From Octopus bimaculoides (Eukaryota): DNA of 37,256 nt. Each line of letters begins with the position of its first letter. Position 1 is the first letter of the stretch. Where the stretch lies: NCBI RefSeq assembly GCF_001194135.2, contig NC_068986.1, forward strand, positions 52,298,387 through 52,335,642. Reading direction: 5' to 3'. This document shows positions 10,220-22,062 of the stretch, piece after piece. Below the pieces are notes generated by a model that made no database searches, had not been told where the DNA came from, and saw only the letters and a list, made by a program, of their open reading frames with translations. The position numbers and the translations under genes were made by a program.

Positions 10220-10275
10220 ATAGGTAGGTAGGTAGGTAGGTAGGTAGGTAGGTAGGTAGGCAGGCAGGCAGGCAG
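10220..10275. repeat. (GGTA)n-(GGCA)n tetranucleotide repeat
   Basis: Direct reading of the sequence. Confidence 0.95.
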
Positions 10276-10539
10276 ACAGTGAGGAAGCAGATACGTCACG
10301 TCAAATAATCAATTTAATCATCAACTGATGATGTGCATAAATTAGAAACCACATCTTTCAAATTTACTCATATCACGTTTCGAAGCTACAAAAACTGTAA
10401 TAATAATTATTATCATTTCTAACAAAGGCAAAATGCCAGAAATTAGTTTTAGGGTTGTCCAGATTTATTGACTCAGTACTTGACTCATACTTTCTTTTAT
10501 CGATGCCAAAAAGATGTGACCAACAATTAACCTCGTTTG

Positions 10540-10790
10540 TGCTTACTCGTTTTAGTCATTTGACTGCAGTCATGCTGTTGCACCGCTTTAAAGGGTCTTC
10601 AGTCAAATAAATCGACCTCAGGACTTATTCTTTGTAAGCCTAGTACTTATTCTCTCACTAAGTTACGGGTACATAAACACACCAACATCGGTTGACAAGC
10701 GATGGTGGGACACACACACATCAATATGTACACACACGCACACACACAAACACGCGCGCACACACACACAGACACGCAAACACACACACA
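10540..10790 (-). mobile_element. SINE family B, 3' half ending in its internal (CA)n
   Basis: Aligns with the tail half of 6108-6563 (AGTCATTTGACTGC...TTTGTAAGCCTAGTACTT...ACACCAACATCGGTTGACAAGCGATGGTGGG). Confidence 0.75.
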
Positions 10791-10792
10791 TA

Positions 10793-12044
10793 CAGAGCTT
10801 GGACAAAATAATGGAAAGACCTTAAAATTTCAAACAAATTTATTTTAATATGGGGTAGGACCGCCTATGGCAGTAATTACAGCTTGAATTCTACGACGTA
10901 TGGACTCGTACAAAGTTTGAATTGTTTCCAAGGGAATATTTGTCTATTCTTCAGCTAAAACAGCCTCCAGTTCTTGTAGTGGTGATGATGGAGGATATCG
11001 ATTCCTTACTTGATTTTCTAAAATGCACTATAAATGTTCAATAATATTGAGATATAGGGACTGTGGTGGTCAGATAAGATGTTCAACTTCACTAGAATGT
11101 TCCTCATACCATTCAGTAACAACTTTAGCTGTTGAATTAGTGCATTAACGTCTCGAAAGATTGCGTTTCCCTCTGTAAACAGTTCCGCAACTATAGGATG
11201 AATTTGATCAGATAAAATGCTTAAATAGCCTTGACTATTAATTCTGCCATGAAGGGAAACCATTGGGCCGGCGGATTTCCAAGAGATAGTCTCCCAGATC
11301 ATCACAGATCCTCTTTTATGTCTAACAGTCGGAAGAAGGTAGTCTAGGTCAAAAGCTTCTTTTGGTTGTCTTCACACGTATACTCGGCCGGTGGTCGGAA
11401 ATAAGGTACAGGATGACTCGTTCGAGAAAATAACATTCTAGGGACCAATTCTGTAGGTTTTTACTCCACTCTACACGCTTTACAATGTTTATTTTTGAAA
11501 GTAGTGGTTTTCTGATTGCAGCTCTCATGTGAATTCCGTCTTTGTGCAGCTTCCGGCGAACGGTTTTCGTGGAAACTAGGTTCTGGAGGTGGTCATTAAT
11601 CTCTGCAGTAATTTTGGGAGCTATACTTTTGGGATCCTTTCTAACAATTCGTGTAAGAGTCCGACGTTTCCTATCTGAAAACTTTGGTTTCCTTCAGGAG
11701 TTTTGTTTCGTCGAGGAGGTTTTTCTCTCTTTCTCAAAGGCTATCTTTACTTTCGGGACAGAACTTCTTGATACAGCAACCATTTTGATTGTTTTCGTTA
11801 CGCTATGAACTGCCATACGAGCACCAACAATTTGACCGCTTTGAAATTCCGATAGATCTGTAATTTTAAGGAATTTTAATTACATTTTTCTGATGATAAC
11901 TGAAAAGAAACTGCACTTTTAACAAAGCATATAGAGCAACACCAATAGTAAATCATAAAACATAAAAATAAACAAACCTTTGACGATTTTATAGATATTT
12001 CAAAATTATGATGCTATGATGCTAGATATTTCCATTATTTTGTC
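10793..12044 (-). mobile_element. Tc1-family DNA transposon, essentially full length, transposase pseudogene (~10845-11864)
   Basis: Left end TA|CAGAGCTTGGACAAAATAATGGAAA. The matching inverted TTTCCATTATTTTGTC runs into the gap at 12044. Minus translation: TDLSEFQSGQIVGARM...AAIRKPLL...IFSNES...GSVMIW...IFRDVNA...PPQSPYLNIIEHL...GGPTPY* (DD34E-type), with stops and frameshifts. Confidence 0.9.
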
Positions 12045-12627
12045 NNNNNNNNNNNNNNNNNNNNNNNNNNNNNNNNNNNNNNNNNNNNNNNNNNNNNNNN
12101 NNNNNNNNNNNNNNNNNNNNNNNNNNNNNNNNNNNNNNNNNNNNNNNNNNNNNNNNNNNNNNNNNNNNNNNNNNNNNNNNNNNNNNNNNNNNNNNNNNNN
12201 NNNNNNNNNNNNNNNNNNNNNNNNNNNNNNNNNNNNNNNNNNNNNNNNNNNNNNNNNNNNNNNNNNNNNNNNNNNNNNNNNNNNNNNNNNNNNNNNNNNN
12301 NNNNNNNNNNNNNNNNNNNNNNNNNNNNNNNNNNNNNNNNNNNNNNNNNNNNNNNNNNNNNNNNNNNNNNNNNNNNNNNNNNNNNNNNNNNNNNNNNNNN
12401 NNNNNNNNNNNNNNNNNNNNNNNNNNNNNNNNNNNNNNNNNNNNNNNNNNNNNNNNNNNNNNNNNNNNNNNNNNNNNNNNNNNNNNNNNNNNNNNNNNNN
12501 NNNNNNNNNNNNNNNNNNNNNNNNNNNNNNNNNNNNNNNNNNNNNNNNNNNNNNNNNNNNNNNNNNNNNNNNNNNNNNNNNNNNNNNNNNNNNNNNNNNN
12601 NNNNNNNNNNNNNNNNNNNNNNNNNNN

Positions 12628-12808
12628 ATATATATATATATACACATATATGCACACACACATATGTTTATATATGTATGTACAAATATGTATGCCCATA
12701 TGTCGATATATATATATCTATAACATCCATCACACTCTCCTTCCGATACCCTCTGCATTTACTAATAGTAAAATCGTGCAATTGCAGACATACATACAGA
12801 CATATGTG

Positions 12809-12867
<59 letters not shown>

Positions 12868-12983
12868 CCGTGTGTGTGCGTGCGCGCGCGCGCGCGCGTG
12901 TGTGCGTGCGTGTGCGTCTGTGTGTATATGTACGTATGTATATAGATATATGTATATATACATATATCTACATAGATACGTAT

Positions 12984-13016
<33 letters not shown>

Positions 13017-13028
13017 CGTATATATATA
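12628..13028. repeat. Compound (TA)n/(TG)n/(CG)n/(CA)n microsatellites
   Basis: Direct reading of the sequence. Confidence 0.9.
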
Positions 13029-13434
13029 ATCCAAATTTAGGGAATGGATCAGACAAATTCCAAACTATATATGTTTCCTGGCTAGCGACAGCTTGGAAAT
13101 AGTAATTACTCCACGAGGAGTTCTCCATTAGCTACTCATCAAGCAGAAGATAATTTAGTTAAATGAAGGTTACCATATATCCTAGATTTTGCCTGCTTTA
13201 TTCCCTCAATTTGGATTTTTATCCGCATACATAGCAACCCTAGTTGCTAGCCATGAACTATAGAATAACTTTTTTCAGCTTATCTAACTTCGATATGGAC
13301 AAAATTTACAACCTTCTACGCCAATAAAGCACTATTATTCCTGAAAGTTTTTTAATACCTTCTACAGACTGCTCGAAACTCACTAACTTCTAACTCACTA
13401 ACTTGTGCACTTGGTTCTTACGTTCACATACCAT

Positions 13435-13962
13435 GGCTGGTCCTGTCAAATGGCTAGAAGATGATAGAGGTTCAATTCTCTGCTTGCAATATATGTCGGG
13501 TGCAGATTGCATCGATAAGTAACTAGAGGAGACCTCCACTGGGGTTAAAAATGGTAGTAACCTTGTTTCGTATGGAACAGTCAGGTTGAAGTGTCGACAA
13601 ATATTACTTCTCTGTTTAGTTACTACTTACATCACTTAGAGTGATAATTGTCACTTAGTGTTCTATATATTACGTGATGGATCGAACTACTGCTATCTCT
13701 AGCGGGCAGGTGTCCAGTACTGGGGATGAGTAAAAGTAGCCCGAAACCTGACGGTCTGCTGCTCCAGTCAAATAGGAAGAAGATGGTAGAAGGGTTCGTT
13801 TCTCAAGCTTGTAATATATGTCGGGTGTAGATTGGATCGATAATCAGACAGAGGAAGCTTCCTCTTGGGGTTACAAATGTTAGTAACGTATTCATACGGA
13901 ACAGCTATGTTGAAGTGCCGTCAAACATTACTTCTCAGTACAGTTACTACTTTCATCACTTA
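13435..13962 (+). mobile_element. Candidate non-LTR retrozyme: one 322-nt monomer (13435-13756) plus a partial second copy (13757-~13962)
   Basis: 13436-13640 and 13758-13962 align colinearly (offset 322, roughly 75% identity by eye). A hammerhead core lies at the junction and homology starts at the cleavage site. The monomer is highly self-complementary. Confidence 0.75.
13706..13769 (+). ncRNA. Type I hammerhead ribozyme (slightly mutated genomic copy)
   Basis: Stem I 5' CAGUA (13715-19). Core CUGGGGA (13720-26; canonical CUGANGA with A6>G). Stem II U-GAGUAAAAGUAGCCC. GAAA (13743-46). Stem III ACC/UGAC/GGU. Cleavage triplet GUC ending at C13756. Stem I 3' UGCUG (13757-61). Confidence 0.75.
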
Positions 13963-14325
13963 TAGAAATTTTCTATCTACCTACTTTGCTTGTTTTATAT
14001 AAATATATATGATAATTTAACGCAAGTAATCGCATATATGCTATACATGAACATTAACAAGATTCATTCTTTACAACGACATATTTTGCAGTCATGGGTC
14101 CGCACTCCAAATAATGTTTGATTAGTTGTAAAGCGCTATCAGTGAGAAACACCTCGCTTAGTCCAAGTATAACGTGTGTGGTTCATAGGTATCACTTTGG
14201 GAAAGAAACGCACCGACAGATGCGCACGGGCATGCATAGATCATGCACAAACACACACAATCACATTAACACGCAAACACATAATTCTGAATGAAGATAC
14301 ACACATACTTGTATGTATATATATA

Positions 14326-14387
<62 letters not shown>

Positions 14388-14788
14388 CACACATACGCAC
14401 ATATATTTTTGCTATGTATTTGATTAGGCCGTTTAATTGTGAGTGGCAATTCGTTTAGATTTCATGTTGTTTTGCATTGCTTTCAGTAACAACGCCGGAA
14501 TTTTCTGCAAACGCAGACTCATTAATCAAGAAAAGAATTCAATTTAAGAATTTAACAAAGGCAAAAGATACTATCTTGCGGCGTCCGTCTACTTTTATTC
14601 CTATTTTTCAGGCACTGCAATTATTTTAACACTTTCTTTTCTGCGAAACCATAAAATATATTACCATTACTAAAATAACAACAAGGCTTATTTATCCTGG
14701 CTGCTATTCTATTGTATTATATTTTCATAGACGCATAAATACAATATACGCACGCGTAGACACACATACATAAGTGTGTGAGTGCGTA

Positions 14789-14820
<32 letters not shown>

Positions 14821-14956
14821 AGTGTGTGTGTGCTTGCGTGTGTGCGTGCGTGCGAGCGCGTGTGTTTCAGTGTACGCCTGTTCGTTTCTTTGAAAATCTA
14901 TGTATGTTCCATCCTGCGGTTAAAGAGTTTGGCTTTTTCGTATAATTACTGGAACA

Positions 14957-15099
14957 GTTGTGTGGTCAGATATTAGCATCCCAGCCTCAAGGATTCTGGT
15001 TCAGTCCTTGTGCATAGTACCGTACGCAAATGTCTTCTGCTACAGCCCCGGATTTGATCGACAGAAACTGAAAGAAGCTCGTTCTATACACACACACAG

Positions 15100-15136
<37 letters not shown>

Positions 15137-15345
15137 GTGTGTGTGTGTGTGTATGAGTGTGTGTTTGTGCTTGTCTGTGTCAGTGTTTATCCCCCAGTTA
15201 CGGTTGTCAATCGGTGTTGTTTTTTTTATATCCCACTAAGCTAGCGTTTCGGCATAGACACCAAATGTGTACCAGACATCATAAAACAAAATACTGAGTT
15301 TGATTTGTTCACTTGAACGGTGGGTGGGTGTGGGTCTTCATTCAT
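14957..15345 (+). mobile_element. SINE family B, decayed, with internal (CA)n(TA)n(TG)n
   Basis: GTTGTGTGGTCAG...GGTTCAGTCC head, GAAACTGAAAGAAGCTCG before the microsatellite, family B body after it. Confidence 0.7.
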
Positions 15346-15672
15346 TTTTACTCTCTAACGACTGAAACGAATATCTACATAATTACATACATACAGAGTT
15401 GATCCAAAAATACACAAGAAAAACAACAGAACGAGGACGTGGTACACGCACAGTATTAAAAGCCACACATAAATACATACATACATACATACATATATAT
15501 ATTACAAATCGCAAAAAATTTCGCTACTTTCTCGAAGCTTTCGTTGAGCAACAGACCATTCCCAGCAAGAGTAAGAAAAAAAAATCCGCCTATGTATAAA
15601 TATATATATGCGTCACACACACATAAACGCATAAGCCCAGATGCTCACCGACCTTCTGCTAAATCAAGATAT

Positions 15673-15856
15673 TTAGGCATCACTTGCTTCCTGTGCAACC
15701 ATGACGTCAAAGAAATTCCCCTTTCTAAACAAACTGGTGGCGATATGCAACTGATGTTCTTTGATAATACTATGTGATCGCGCTTTGGCTAATAGCAGCC
15801 TATCTTCCAGTAGCCATTTTTGACTTTTTGTATCTCTGCATTTGGTAATATGAAGT
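15673..15856 (-). CDS. Possible coding exon of an unidentified host gene (weak resemblance to a ricin-B/QxW lectin repeat end)
   Basis: Good acceptor CTTATCTCTTTCAG|A at 15857/15856, then 60 open codons: LHITKCRDTKSQKWLLEDRLLLAKARSHSIIKEHQLHIATSLFRKGNFFDVMVAQEASDA*. The sequence is non-repetitive. No partner exon was found. Confidence 0.25.
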
Positions 15857-15994
15857 CTGAAAGAGATAAGCTTCTGTTAGAGGCCTGCGTAACTTAAAGT
15901 CACATAGAACCCAATAAAACTGTTTTAAATAATACATGTAACTTCCACGAAATGTGTTCAGTGCACTTTTCTTTCGTCTGTTCACTTATTTGTG

Positions 15995-16058
<64 letters not shown>

Positions 16059-16894
16059 TAATATTTAGGATATATGATATGGAGGCAATTATACACATAA
16101 ACAAATCAGGTACATTAATTACATTAAAATATATGAAATATATCAAAACAGAAAATATGTATATTTTTATACATGCAAAACGAGAGAAAGNNNNNNNNNN
16201 NNNNNNNNNNNNNNNNNNNNNNNNNNNNNNNNNNNNNNNNNNNNNNNNNNNNNNNNNNNNNNNNNNNNNNNNNNNNNNNNNNNNNNNNNNNNNNNNNNNN
16301 NNNNNNNNNNNNNNNNNNNNNNNNNNNNNNNNNNNNNNNNNNNNNNNNNNNNNNNNNNNNNNNNNNNNNNNNNNNNNNNNNNNNNNNNNNNNNNNNNNNN
16401 NNNNNNNNNTATATATATATATATATATATATCTGTGAGTGTGTGTGTGTGTGTAATATGTCATTTACAATATGTAGATGTGGGTGTGACTATACATATT
16501 TTATTTGTATTAAGTTCTTTTTATTTGTAATTTAACCTTTGTTGATATATTTATGCTACATCATGAATTGCACCTTAAATGTTTGCTATTGCGTAGTTTG
16601 TTCGAGAATATACATCATTGAATTAGATTTAACTGAATATATTTAATTCGAGATTTACTATATATGCTACTGGTTATCCCGTTATTGAATTGACCTCGTT
16701 CGTTATCATCACGGAATATAAAAGTTACACAGTGATTTTGCACTGCGTATAACCTCAGAAGCACTTTTAAAAGGTAAATGAACTGTCGAAGATAGTGATA
16801 ACTTAGGGTGAATTAACATACATTAATGTTTATCTAATTTCACGCACTTTCTACAACTACTACTTCTACACTTACGTACGCACACAAACACACA

Positions 16895-17620
16895 CACGCA
16901 CACTGCATAAAGGTTGAAGTTCTAGTTGAGAAAATTCAAGCTAACATCGTGAACTGGAAGCCATCGGAATATTGAAAACGGGTTACGGAAATCATGATGG
17001 TTAATGCCAGGTACGAAAATGCGGACATCACGACTGCTGTTCAATGCTCTGTGAACGCCGTAAAGGTTGTAAGACGTGACATGGACAGATGCAACGAAGA
17101 GTACTAAACCCTAGACAGCAAGCAGCAAGGGACATAGTAGGCACTCTGAGTGTGTTCGTACGATGGGGTTAGTCCAGCAACGGATGATCAGGGCTTCAGG
17201 CTCAATTCAGACGGTTGCGTCAAAGCTGTTAGAGACTGTAGTCAATCACTCCGAGCAGGAGATGATTGCTGCTAGAAAACCATATGTGTGGCAGCAGGAT
17301 TCGGCTCCTTACCATACCTCCGGAAAGAGTCAGAAGCGGTTGTCGGAGAATTCCTACGACTTCACCAGCCACAATTTCTGACTTCTTAATTCCCCTGATT
17401 CTAATTCTATAGATTACTATGCTTGGGTTATGTTTCGGAAAAACACCTACCGATTCGGGGGGCATTGTTGAGGATGTGGTGGAAGCTGAGTGCGGCTATA
17501 TGGCGTAGACAATTATCTCCCATCCACATTCAAATTATTTTACATTTTAACATAATTTTCTTTTTAGATTGAATATTTTCTTTTTCTTTTATGAAGGCTG
17601 TCGTATTTAATCTTAACATT
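16895..17620 (+). mobile_element. Internally deleted Tc1/mariner-superfamily element, probably DD37D (maT) type
   Basis: ORF 17163-17381 and beyond: KPYVWQQDSAPYHTSGKSQKRLSEN...*LLNSPDSNSIDYYAW (QQDSAP..H and SPDxNPxD motifs with a final D). The N-terminal remnant is near 16945-17160. Confidence 0.7.
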
Positions 17621-17831
17621 ACGTCGTTTCTTTATATATATGCGTGTGTGTGTGCGTTTGTATTTGTAATTTAAATTGGTAAGTACTTCATACGCACACA
17701 AAGCATTTTAGGGTGTTTTCGTATATATCTAGTGCTTCTACAATCATGACATAGAAAATCTGGAGTGATAACTTAGTCATTGCACGGTGAGCGACATAAC
17801 GTTAAGCTTATATAAAAATGCCATATATATA

Positions 17832-17914
<83 letters not shown>

Positions 17915-18804
17915 NNNNNNNNNNNNNNNNNNNNNNNNNNNNNNNNNNNNNNNNNNNNNNNNNNNNNNNNNNNNNNNNNNNNNNNNNNNNNNNNNNNNNN
18001 NNNNNNNNNNNNNNNNNNNNNNNNNNNNNNNNNNNNNNNNNNNNNNNNNNNNNNNNNNNNNNNNNNNNNNNNNNNNNNNNNNNNNNNNNNNNNNNNNNNN
18101 NNNNNNNNNNNNNNNNNNNNNNNNNNNNNNNNNNNNNNNNNNNNNNNNNNNNNNNNNNNNNNNNNNNNNNNNNNNNNNNNNNNNNNNNNNNNNNNNNNNN
18201 NNNNNNNNNNNNNNNNNNNNNNNNNNNNNNNNNNNNNNNNNNNNNNNNNNNNNNNNNNNNNNNNNNNNNNNNNNNNNNNNNNNNNNNNNNNNNNNNNNNN
18301 NNNNNNNNNNNNNNNNNNNNNNNNNNNNNNNNNNNNNNNNNNNNNNNNNNNNNNNNNNNNNNNNNNNNNNNNNNNNNNNNNNNNNNNNNNNNNNNNNNNN
18401 NNNNNNNNNNNNNNNNNNNNNNNNNNNNNNNNNNNNNNNNNNNNNNNNNNNNNNNNNNNNNNNNNNNNNNNNNNNNNNNNNNNNNNNNNNNNNNNNNNNN
18501 NNNNNNNNNNNNNNNNNNNNNNNNNNNNNNNNNNNNNNNNNNNNNNNNNNNNNNNNNNNNNNNNNNNNNNNNNNNNNNNNNNNNNNNNNNNNNNNNNNNN
18601 NNNNNNNNNNNNNNNNNNNNNNNNNNNNNNNNNNNNNNNNNNNNNNNNNNNNNNNNNNNNNNNNNNNNNNNNNNNNNNNNNNNNNNNNNNNNNNNNNNNN
18701 NNNNNNNNNNNNNNNNNNNNNNNNNNNNNNNNNNNNNNNNNNNNNNNNNNNNNNNNNNNNNNNNNNNNNNNNNNNNNNNNNNNNNNNNNNNNNNNNNNNN
18801 NNNN

Positions 18805-18835
<31 letters not shown>

Positions 18836-19349
18836 TATTCTATATATATTATACCCACACACATACACACATAGAAACACACAGATTCACAGAGTTGTTT
18901 GTGCTCGCAAGGAATGAAGGGACACCGAAAAGTAATTGGTATATCTTTCTGCATGAAGCGCCAGAGTTGAATGACTAACTCGAGCTTGCGGCAATTTGGA
19001 AATTGGCGAGGTGTTCGTGACTGTATGCGATGACATTCAATTCTCTTCTCTATGTGTAGAATTCTAGTTTTACCTTAAGCTTACATATCTATCCTCCGTT
19101 CGATAAAATGAACAAAGCAACAGTATTGCACGATGTAATGAATGCTTGTTGCATGTTGTGTGAGAGTAGGGGTCCGTTAGTAGGGGAGGAACATGGATGA
19201 AATATTAGTAGCTATATCATTTCAAATAAATGATAGGAATTAACGAAGACTGAAACTTGCCTATGTAGATATGAGCATACAGACATGAGGACTCACAATA
19301 TATATTTGTGTGTGTAGGTGTGTATACATACATATATATGCATGTCTGA

Positions 19350-19421
<72 letters not shown>

Positions 19422-19474
19422 GATCACTGTAAGTTTGTATACATCAACATATATACATATACACAAACACACGT

Positions 19475-19523
<49 letters not shown>

Positions 19524-20244
19524 TGTATATATTTATATATACATATTCATATGCAAACATATGTACTAAATATGTGTGTGTATATAGAAATATGCATTTC
19601 GGACGTAAAGATGGCTATATAAAATTAAATAAATTAAATACTTAAATATAGAAGTATAATTCAAAATTTCATTGACATAATTTCACAGAAGCACAGCCAA
19701 ACGCACACACACACATGCACTCACACACACACGCACTCACACACACTCACACATAAATACACACACTAATCACATAACTACATCGTACCGACCGCTGACA
19801 TTCATGCTAAAGAATATCAACTTTATGTGTTTCTATCACACAACCTCGTAAACACCATGGTCTATATTAAAACTGTAAGCAGCGGAATATGTCTTCTGTC
19901 AGGACTGAGGCATTATCTGAAGTGTGAGAAATCAAGAAATAAGCATGCATGTGTGTATGGTCCATGTCGTGGTTGAGGCAGTCAGAATGTAATATTCTCT
20001 ACTTGTGTTATTGGTTGATTTATTTCAGTCGCTGGACCGCAGCCATATTAGGACAGCACTTAGTCGTTCATACCAAACTCAAGACTTCTATTTAAGTCTT
20101 GTATTCATTGTAATGTATTTTTGTATGGAACTTACTACATGACAAGGGAGCAAACAAATCAACACCGGTTGTTAACTTCTAAGAGATAAATGCAATGACT
20201 ATGTACAATCATGCACACAAGTATATCTTTCTCCCCATCTCTCT

Positions 20245-20304
<60 letters not shown>

Positions 20305-20359
20305 CACACACACAACACACAGACACATGCACACGCATACACACACATATAGGAATATA

Positions 20360-21635
20360 CGAGGGAGATTCAAAAATTATATGCACTCTTGATTATTCAA
20401 TGTATTTACACAAAAGCAAAAGATCAACAAGTACGTCATTTTTCTAGATGGTCTCCTTCCATTTCGATTCACTGTGTCCAACGGTCTACAAGCTTGCGCA
20501 TTCCCTACAAGATTTTCAGTTGGTCGTGCAACCACTTATGCATGGCTTACTTCACATCTTCATCCATTGGAAACCATCTTTGAGCGGTCTATAAATATGA
20601 TAGTCGGAATGGGAAAGATCTGGGCTGTAAGCAGGGTGTTCCAGCTCCTCAAAACCAAATTGGTTAATGGTTTCAACGGTCTGGGGGGGGGGCGTGTGTG
20701 CGTGCATTGTCATGCAACAACAAAACTTCTTTCGACAGTAGGCTTCGGCGTTTGGGTGCGAATTGACTGGCTTCAGTTTGTTTGCTAGCAAAGCACTGTA
20801 TCTTGCACTGTTCATCGTACACCACTTTTCCAGGTAGTCTTCCAGTATAAACCCATTTGAGTCCCAAAATAGGGTTAGAATCACCTTTATCGCAGAAAAC
20901 GGATTCTTGAATTTCTTCGTCGCTAGCGAGCCAGAATGTTTTCACTCCATACTCTGTCCGTTGGATTCTGCCTCATAATTATGGACCCACGCTTCATCTC
21001 GTGTGACTATTCTGCTCAAACATTCCTCGCCTGCATTGTTATAGCGATCGAGTAAACGACTCCAATACGTTTGTGTTTGTGCTTTGCAGGTAGCACTTTT
21101 GGCACTCATCTTGCAGGGGACTTTCTGGAAGCCGAGCTCACCATGGGTGATTTGATAGGCAGAAACATGACTAATCTGCAGTGAACGAGCTACTTCATCG
21201 ATGATATCTACTTGGTTCACCACTACCATCTCTCGAGCTTCCTGAATCTTCTTGTCAGTGGTGAAAGTTAACAGGCGCCGTGATCCCTCTTCGTGTGTTA
21301 CACTTGTCCGGCCTCTTTTAAACTTCTTGATCCACTTATACACACTTCTGCGCGGTAGTTCGCTGTCCCCGTATGGTGCTAAAAGCCTCCGATGAATTTC
21401 AACTACTGACATATTTTCCGACCAGAGAAATCGATTCACTGTTATTTACTCTCTTGGGTGCACATTGCTAGTGGAGCGGCCATGTTTACACTGTGAAGCC
21501 AGAAGGAAAAATGGCGCGATGAGGCTGAAACTTCGATCACGCGACCACAATATAAGCATGCATGCACATAAGGCCGTGTGACAACAATAAAGATATGTTA
21601 TGGCGAATGTGCCGATCATTTTTGGCTTACCCTAG
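20360..21635 (-). mobile_element. mariner (DD34D) DNA transposon, full length, transposase pseudogene (~20436-21483)
   Basis: TA|CGAGGGAGATTCAAAAATTATATGCAC on the left and inverted GTGCCGATCATTTTTGGCTTACCCTAG|TA on the right. Track ORFs give the HTH, IVTRDEAWVHNY, LLLHDNARTH and HPAYSPDLSHSDY motifs. Confidence 0.92.
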
Positions 21636-21819
21636 TATATATACTTATACGTATACATACACAAACAAATTTAATTAAAACGACAAGAGATCGGTAAGAG
21701 TTCATTTCAAGAATGTTCAAATGGTTCTGAGATATGCTGAGATATGAGATATATTCCCCGAATAGATACAAAGTTCTTAGAATTGATACTACGTAATAGG
21801 TTCAAATACCTCCAATGCC

Positions 21820-21895
21820 TTTTATCTTTTCGGGGTTCATAACATAAGTACCAATTGCGCAATGTGGTCGATGTAATCGATTTACCCCTCCTCAG
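21820..21895 (+). mobile_element. SINE family A, 3' fragment
   Basis: TTTCGGGGTTCATAACATAAGTACCA...GTCGATGTAATCGAT. Confidence 0.6.
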
Positions 21896-21896
21896 T

Positions 21897-22062
21897 GTCA
21901 CAAAGCTGACCCTTTGGAATACAGATACTACTTATTTTTGATAGCTGGGTGGACTGAATCAACGTGAAATAAAGTGTCTTGCTCAAGGACACAACACAGC
22001 GCTGGAAATTGAATTCACGACCTTGCAATCGGGAGCCGAATACCACTAAGTCACGCTCCTTC
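21897..22062 (-). mobile_element. SINE family C-like fragment with tRNA-derived head
   Basis: GTCTTGCTCAAGGACACAAC...TGAATTCACGACCTT...CCACTAAGTCACG reads as a tRNA-like head on the minus strand. It shares AAAGCTGACCCTTT..ATACAG with 31965-31990. Confidence 0.6.

Noticed and set aside
10325-10355. CTGATGA...GAAAC hammerhead-like spacing
   Set aside because: No stem II, no stem III and no NUH cleavage triplet in register.
14467-14629. Strong plus-strand acceptor (TTGCTTTCAG) followed by a ~46-codon frame
   Set aside because: No good donor and no recognisable homology. It is on the opposite strand to the 15856 candidate.
19866-19935. Strong minus-strand acceptor (TTCTCACACTTCAG) as a partner exon for 15856
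   Set aside because: All frames stop within 17 codons and before any convincing donor.
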